Below are positions 58,934 to 64,000 of a DNA stretch of 64,000 nt, in pieces. Positions within the stretch are counted from its first letter, which is position 1; each line of letters starts with the position of its first letter. This stretch comes from an uncultured Gemmatimonadaceae bacterium (GTDB lineage: Bacteria > Gemmatimonadota > Gemmatimonadetes > Gemmatimonadales > Gemmatimonadaceae): the NCBI GenBank assembly GCA_963781585.1, contig CAWAGQ010000005.1, positions 320,001 to 384,000 of the forward strand, in the 5' to 3' direction. The notes under the pieces are model-generated. The model saw only the letters and a program-made list of their open reading frames with translations. It had not been told where the DNA came from and made no database searches. The translations under genes and the position numbers were made by a program.

Positions 58934-60433
58934 ATGCGAGGACTGCTCGTGGTGGGCCGGCTTTTTCCGTTCGTGGTCTCGTTCTTCCGGGACCGCCGGC
59001 GGTGGCTTCTGGCCGGGAGTCCGATGGTACGGACCGCGGCGTTTCACGAAGCCCGCGCAGAGCGTCTGGTTGCGACCATCGCGGAGCTCGGACCGTCGTT
59101 CGTGAAGCTCGCGCAGGTCTTTTCGGCCCGCGCCGATCTGATCCCCGAGCCGTACGTCGGGGTGCTCTCGTCGCTGACGGATCAGGTGCCACCGGTCCCC
59201 ACTCCGCTCATCCGGCACGAGGTGGAGCGTGCCTACGGCCGCGGGATCGAGGAGGTGTTCGAGCGCTTCGACAACGAGCCGCTCGCGGCGGCGTCACTGG
59301 GTCAGGTCCATCGCGCGCGCTATCGAGGCGAGGAAGTGGTGGTCAAGGTGCTGCGCCCCGGTGTGGAGTCGCTGGTCAGCAAGGATCTCGCGGCGGCGCG
59401 GCCGCTGATGCGGTGGCTCGAGCGCTGGTTCCCGAACGCGCACGTCCGGAATGCGCGTGCGGTAATCGAAGAATTCGCGGTTCGCATCTGGGAAGAGATG
59501 GACTTCGTGCACGAGGCGGCCAACGCCGAAGAGATCCGACAGAATTTTCGAGGCAATCGGCGTGTCGTCATCCCCCGGGTGATGCACGAACTCGTGCGGC
59601 CGCGCGTGCTCGTGCTCGAATATCTGGAGGGCACGCGCGTCGACCGCCTGACGCCGCATCCCGGGAACGGCGCGCATGACCCGCACGGTGTGGTGAGCGG
59701 GGTGATGGAATTGTACCTCGAGATGATGCTGGTGCACGGCTTCTTTCACGCGGATCCCCATCCGGGGAACCTGCAGGTGTCGCCGGACGGGAGACGCGTG
59801 ATCCTGCTCGATTTCGGCATGGTGGTGCGCGTACCCCGGGAGATGCGCTGGCATCTGGTGTCGACGGTCTTCGCGGCCATTCGCCGAGATGTCGACGGGG
59901 TCGTGGCCGGGTTCAGGGCGCTCGGCGTGATCGAGCCCGGAGCCGATCCGGAGCAGATCCGACAGCTGGCAGTGCGACTCATGGCCATCGCCTACGATCC
60001 GTCGTCGATGCAGGAACGCATTCAGCTGCTGGCGGACGAAGTGATGACCACGCTCTACGACTGGCCGGTGCGGCTACCGAGCGAACTGGTGTACTTCGCC
60101 AGAACCACGACGCTGATCGAAGGGTTGGGAGTGCGCTACGACACCCACTTCAACCCGATCACCTTCGCGGCGCCGATCGCGCTCCGGCTCCGCGGTCGAA
60201 TCCTTCACTCGCTTGGCCGGGGGGAGCCGCCCCCGATCGACATGGCCACGGTCGTGGGTGAAGTCCTGGGGCGAGTGGCGGGGTACGTGGTGCGCGCCGG
60301 GAGGGACCTGGCTTCGCGGCTGTCCCAGGAGGTCCGTGCCGTGGGTGCGCAATCGCTGGCGGCGTCGAAGCGAGGTCAGAACGGCAACGACCACGGCCCG
60401 GACGCCATGCCAAAGCTGCTGGCGGGCGACTAG
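58934..60433 (+). CDS. ABC1/UbiB (AarF) family atypical kinase
   Basis: LGPSFVKLAQ, AAASLGQVH, VKVLRP, FHADPHPGN, LDFGM. Confidence 0.93.
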   Translation: MRGLLVVGRLFPFVVSFFRDRRRWLLAGSPMVRTAAFHEARAERLVATIAELGPSFVKLAQVFSARADLIPEPYVGVLSSLTDQVPPVPTPLIRHEVERAYGRGIEEVFERFDNEPLAAASLGQVHRARYRGEEVVVKVLRPGVESLVSKDLAAARPLMRWLERWFPNAHVRNARAVIEEFAVRIWEEMDFVHEAANAEEIRQNFRGNRRVVIPRVMHELVRPRVLVLEYLEGTRVDRLTPHPGNGAHDPHGVVSGVMELYLEMMLVHGFFHADPHPGNLQVSPDGRRVILLDFGMVVRVPREMRWHLVSTVFAAIRRDVDGVVAGFRALGVIEPGADPEQIRQLAVRLMAIAYDPSSMQERIQLLADEVMTTLYDWPVRLPSELVYFARTTTLIEGLGVRYDTHFNPITFAAPIALRLRGRILHSLGRGEPPPIDMATVVGEVLGRVAGYVVRAGRDLASRLSQEVRAVGAQSLAASKRGQNGNDHGPDAMPKLLAGD

Positions 60434-60469
60434 CGTTATCGCAGACCCGACCAACGCCCCGTGCTTCCC

Positions 60470-61735
60470 ATGGCAGCCCCTCGGACCTTCTGGCGACGCG
60501 CACTGCGACCGCTGCTCACAGCCGCGATGTGTCTCCCGGCGGCCTCACTCCGCGACGCGCGGGTGGGCCGCATTCCCGGTGAGAGGGCAATGCAGGCGCG
60601 CGTTCGACTCGGGATCGAGGTACTGCTGACCGACTCACTGGCCCTGGTGCGGGGGAAACGCGTAGGCCTCATCACGAATCAGACCGGCGTCACGCCCGAT
60701 GGTCGGAGTACAATTGACCTGCTTTTTCACCAGCCGGGTGTGCGCCTGACGGCGCTGTTCGCGCCGGAGCATGGATTGCGTGGCCAGGGTGCCGCCGGCG
60801 AGCGAATCCTCTCTGGTACGGATTCAGCTACCGGCGTGCCGGTGTATTCGTTGTACGGCGAGACTCGCGTTCCCACGCCGGAGATGCTCAGGGATGTGGA
60901 TGTCCTGGTCTACGACATTCAGGATGTGGGCGCGCGCGTGTACACGTTCGAGTGGACGATGGCGCTCGCGGCCCAGGCCGGAAAGCGGAAGTTCATCGTA
61001 CTCGACCGTCCGAATCCGATACGTGGCGATCGAATGGAAGGCGGTGTGCTCGACACGGCGTTTCGCTCGTTCGTGGGCCAGTATCCAGTGGCGATGCGCT
61101 ATGGTCTGACACCGGGGGAGCTGCTTCGGTATCTGGTGGGTACCGGTCAGGTCGAAGCCGATGTCACCGTGGTGCCGATGGAGGGATGGCACCGCTCCAT
61201 GTGGTGGGAAGAGACGGGCCTCCCCTGGCGCAACCCCTCTCCCAATATCCGTTCCGTGGATGCGGCCCTGGTGTACAGCGGCACCGTGTTTTTCGAGGGC
61301 ACCAACCTGAGTGAGGGTCGCGGGACGCCGTTTCCGTTTCAGCTCGTCGGCGCCGGGTGGCTTGGCGATGCCGGTGCGATTGCGCGTGAATTGAACGGCA
61401 AGCGGATTCCGGGCGTGGTGTTCGATTCAAGCGTGGTAACGGTCGAAGAAGGGCAGAAGTGGGGCGGACAGCGGATTCCGATGCTTGTCGTGTCGGTGGC
61501 AGATCGCACGGTACTCAGACCGCACCAGGTCGGGCTGGAAATGCTCCGCGCGATCTATCAGCGGCATCCGCAGGACTTCCAGTGGAATCGAGCGGCGATC
61601 GATCGGCTCGCGGGCTCCGACCGATTGAGGAGGGCCGTCGAGACGGATGGCGGAATCGAGGCGTTGATACCCGTGCTCGACGCGGAGTCCCGCGCGTTCG
61701 CTGATCGCGTACGGCCCTTTCTGCTATACCCCTAG
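60470..61735 (+). CDS. Exo-beta-N-acetylmuramidase NamZ (DUF1343) family
   Basis: GLITNQTG, FAPEHG, DIQDVG, LDRPNP, PSPN, SEGRGT. Confidence 0.9.
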   Translation: MAAPRTFWRRALRPLLTAAMCLPAASLRDARVGRIPGERAMQARVRLGIEVLLTDSLALVRGKRVGLITNQTGVTPDGRSTIDLLFHQPGVRLTALFAPEHGLRGQGAAGERILSGTDSATGVPVYSLYGETRVPTPEMLRDVDVLVYDIQDVGARVYTFEWTMALAAQAGKRKFIVLDRPNPIRGDRMEGGVLDTAFRSFVGQYPVAMRYGLTPGELLRYLVGTGQVEADVTVVPMEGWHRSMWWEETGLPWRNPSPNIRSVDAALVYSGTVFFEGTNLSEGRGTPFPFQLVGAGWLGDAGAIARELNGKRIPGVVFDSSVVTVEEGQKWGGQRIPMLVVSVADRTVLRPHQVGLEMLRAIYQRHPQDFQWNRAAIDRLAGSDRLRRAVETDGGIEALIPVLDAESRAFADRVRPFLLYP

Positions 61736-62103
61736 CAGGGCCCACCCCGGGCTTGCGTGACTCGTCATGCAACTACGGGAGTCATGCCGCCGCGAGAGGT
61801 GTCGTGTCAGGTCGCGTGGGGTAGTGCCCGCGTTGCGCCCAGGTCGGTGGCACGGGCAGGGCGTCTGGCCGCGGGCGGTCGGACGAAGTTGACGTCTGGT
61901 GTGGGTAGAGGGTCACCAGCGTTTCGCTCCCTAGTATCGGCTCGTCGTTTTGATGACTGGACTTCCGCGGACTGGATGCCGAAGATGGGGACCTTCGGGC
62001 CGCCGGTCCGCCTGGGTCCGTGTTAACAGCCGCCAATATTGCCGGGTCCATTCGTGCGGAGGCCCGGTGCTCTCATTATCCAGCTGCGACCCGGTCGCCA
62101 TTT

Positions 62104-62988
62104 GTGAAACTGAGCTTCGTGAGCTTGGCCCCGTGGATCGCGCTGGTGGTTGTCCTCGCCATTACGGGAATGCTGGCGATCGTCCGGCGCGCCAGGCGGG
62201 GGTCGGCTCAGGCCCCACCGGTGCCGGCCGTCCAGGGGGCACCACAGGCAGACGACCGCATGGTCCAGCGCTCGCAAGCACTCGATGCCCTCGGAGAGGG
62301 TGTCCTGATCCTGGATCGCGACGGGCGCGTGAGAGACTGCAACAGCTCGGCGCTGACGTTGTTCGACAGGCATCGAGGCGGCATAGAAGGGCAATTCGCG
62401 GCCACGCTGCGCCGCTTCGAGGGTCTGGATCAGAGTGATCCGCATCGGGTGGCCTCGGAGCACGCGGTTTGGGTGGGCGAAGCGTGGGCGCGGCAGCCCG
62501 ATGGCGGGGTGAAGCTCTGCCTGTCGCGCGTGATCGCGGTGCGCGATGGTCGGGCCCGGGTGACGGGGTACGTGGAGGCGTTTCGCGACGTGACAGCGGA
62601 GCCCGCACTGAGCGAGGAGTTCAGGGATCTGCTGTATGGGGTGCGCGCGTTCGATTCCATTTCGGCAACGCCGCGGGAGTTGGTACGGGCCGTTCGGGAC
62701 GAACTGCGCGTGCTGAGTGAGGCGTTTCGCGATCTCGATCTGGTAATCCGGCAGTACGAGCGGTTATTGCCGGCTCTGCGAGCCGACGATCCGCTCACCG
62801 AGTCGATCGCGGGGCTGGCCCATGAGGCCCGTGCGGTGGTGGCATCGGTGGGGGTTCCGGCACTACTCGAGGAGATCCCGCGCGCCCTGACTCGTCTGCG
62901 CAGCCATATGCAGCAGCTGGCGGTAGACCCTTCGACGGCTGAGGCTGAGCCGGCGCAGCCGGAGCGAGCGGTTCCGGAAGAACTCTGA
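62104..62988 (+). CDS. Membrane-anchored PAS domain protein without a recognisable output domain
   Basis: N-terminal TM; LDALGEGVLILDRDGRV..CN; PAC-like W.GE...YVEAFRDVT; helical tail. Confidence 0.75.
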   Translation: MKLSFVSLAPWIALVVVLAITGMLAIVRRARRGSAQAPPVPAVQGAPQADDRMVQRSQALDALGEGVLILDRDGRVRDCNSSALTLFDRHRGGIEGQFAATLRRFEGLDQSDPHRVASEHAVWVGEAWARQPDGGVKLCLSRVIAVRDGRARVTGYVEAFRDVTAEPALSEEFRDLLYGVRAFDSISATPRELVRAVRDELRVLSEAFRDLDLVIRQYERLLPALRADDPLTESIAGLAHEARAVVASVGVPALLEEIPRALTRLRSHMQQLAVDPSTAEAEPAQPERAVPEEL

Positions 62989-63065
62989 CACGGCGGTGGC
63001 TGCCACTTCCCGGTAACGCCGCGTAGGTTCCCGAACTTGCCGCGTGGCACTTTCTCTCCGGGGCC

Positions 63066-64000
63066 GTGCTCGCTCCCCTTCCCGAATCTCCGCAGGCCAT
63101 AGCCGCCGCCGTCTGGGCCGACCTGGCGCCCTACTACGAGGGGCTCGCCACGGTGCCGGTGGAGCCTAACGATGCCGAGTCCTGGCTGCGGAGCTGGTCG
63201 TGCCTGGAGGAGGTGATCGACGAGGCGGGGACGCTGGCGATGATCGCGTACACGTGTGACACGAGCGATGTCGAGAAGGAGGCGGCGAATCTGCGCTGGT
63301 CGGCCGAGATCTTCCCGAAGGTCGGGGAGCAACAGGTGCGGCTGGCGAAGCGGCTGATCGCGCTCGGGTATACGCGGGCGGATCTGGAGACGGTGCTCCG
63401 CGGATTTCGGACCGACATCGAGATTTTCCGTGAGGAGAACGTGCCGCTGTTCTCGCAGATCGAGGAACTGGTGGCCGCGTACCAGAAGATTACCGGAGGG
63501 CTGGAGGTCGAGTGGGACGGCGCGAAGAAGACCGTTCCGCAACTGCAGCCGTTTCTCAAGGAGCGGGATCGGGGCATCCGGGAGCGGGCATTTCGAGTGG
63601 GGACCGACGCCTACGCGAGTCGTCGGGAGGAGATGGCGTCGCTGTTCAACGGCATGTACGCACTGCGCCAGCAGGTTGCGCGCAACGCGGGGTTCCCGGA
63701 CTACCAGGCCTACGTGTTCCGGGCGAAACACCGGTTCGACTATTCGCCCGAGGATTGTGCGACGTTCCATCGGGCGGTGGAGGAGACCGTCGTGCCCGCG
63801 GTGGCACGGCTCATGGAGTATCGCCGGCGCCAACTCGGGGTGGAGGCGCTGCGGCCATGGGATACACAGGTCGAACTGGACACGTTACGGCCGGTGAAGC
63901 CGTTCGACTCGATCGAGGGGTTCATCGGGCCGGCGATCCGGATGTTCCGGGCGCTCGACGGGGAGCTGGGGGCGGCGTTTCAGCGCATGGCTGACGAGGG
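63066..64000 (+). CDS. M3 family oligoendopeptidase F (partial, runs off window end)
   Basis: Manual translation from GTG 63066: IFREENVPL, DRGIRERAF, LRQQVARNAGFPDY, RFDYSPEDC..FH, LGVEALRPWD. Absent from the ORF track. Confidence 0.88.
   Translation, partial: MLAPLPESPQAIAAAVWADLAPYYEGLATVPVEPNDAESWLRSWSCLEEVIDEAGTLAMIAYTCDTSDVEKEAANLRWSAEIFPKVGEQQVRLAKRLIALGYTRADLETVLRGFRTDIEIFREENVPLFSQIEELVAAYQKITGGLEVEWDGAKKTVPQLQPFLKERDRGIRERAFRVGTDAYASRREEMASLFNGMYALRQQVARNAGFPDYQAYVFRAKHRFDYSPEDCATFHRAVEETVVPAVARLMEYRRRQLGVEALRPWDTQVELDTLRPVKPFDSIEGFIGPAIRMFRALDGELGAAFQRMADE

Noticed and set aside
63024..63039. Leaderless TTG start for the M3 peptidase
   Set aside because: That TTG is out of frame and hits a stop; GTG 63066 is in frame.

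Overview
GC-rich bacterial chromosomal window; the gene styles suggest Gemmatimonadota, which is an inference. It spans the replication origin: dnaA-dnaN on the minus strand, with a predicted oriC (tandem DnaA-box-like sites, DnaA-trios, AT-rich tract) between them, and rpmH-rnpA-yidD-yidC-mnmE on the plus strand. RNase P RNA (rnpB) abuts dnaN. Other content: a type IV pilin (partial), polA, cspA, a GWxTD lipoprotein, a Ser/Thr kinase, pyrE, an AraC-type regulator, upp, a beta-CASP nuclease, an M16 peptidase pair, an ECF sigma/anti-sigma pair, holA-SPOR-mutS-tonB-cbs-ddl, a QueE-like protein lacking its radical-SAM cysteines, a rhomboid, queF, tRNA-Phe, NAD salvage genes, sahR-ahcY, ribosomal protein THX, a five-gene putative synthase-dependent exopolysaccharide operon (wecB, YaiO-like barrel, polytopic membrane protein, processive GT2, membrane-anchored beta-helix protein) followed by a PEP-CTERM protein with a sigma54-type promoter, and several peptidases. 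pyrE and dnaN each carry one frameshift and mutS more than ten, most likely sequencing indels. No CRISPR array, IS element or prophage was recognised. All product calls come from motif recognition by eye; no database search was run.
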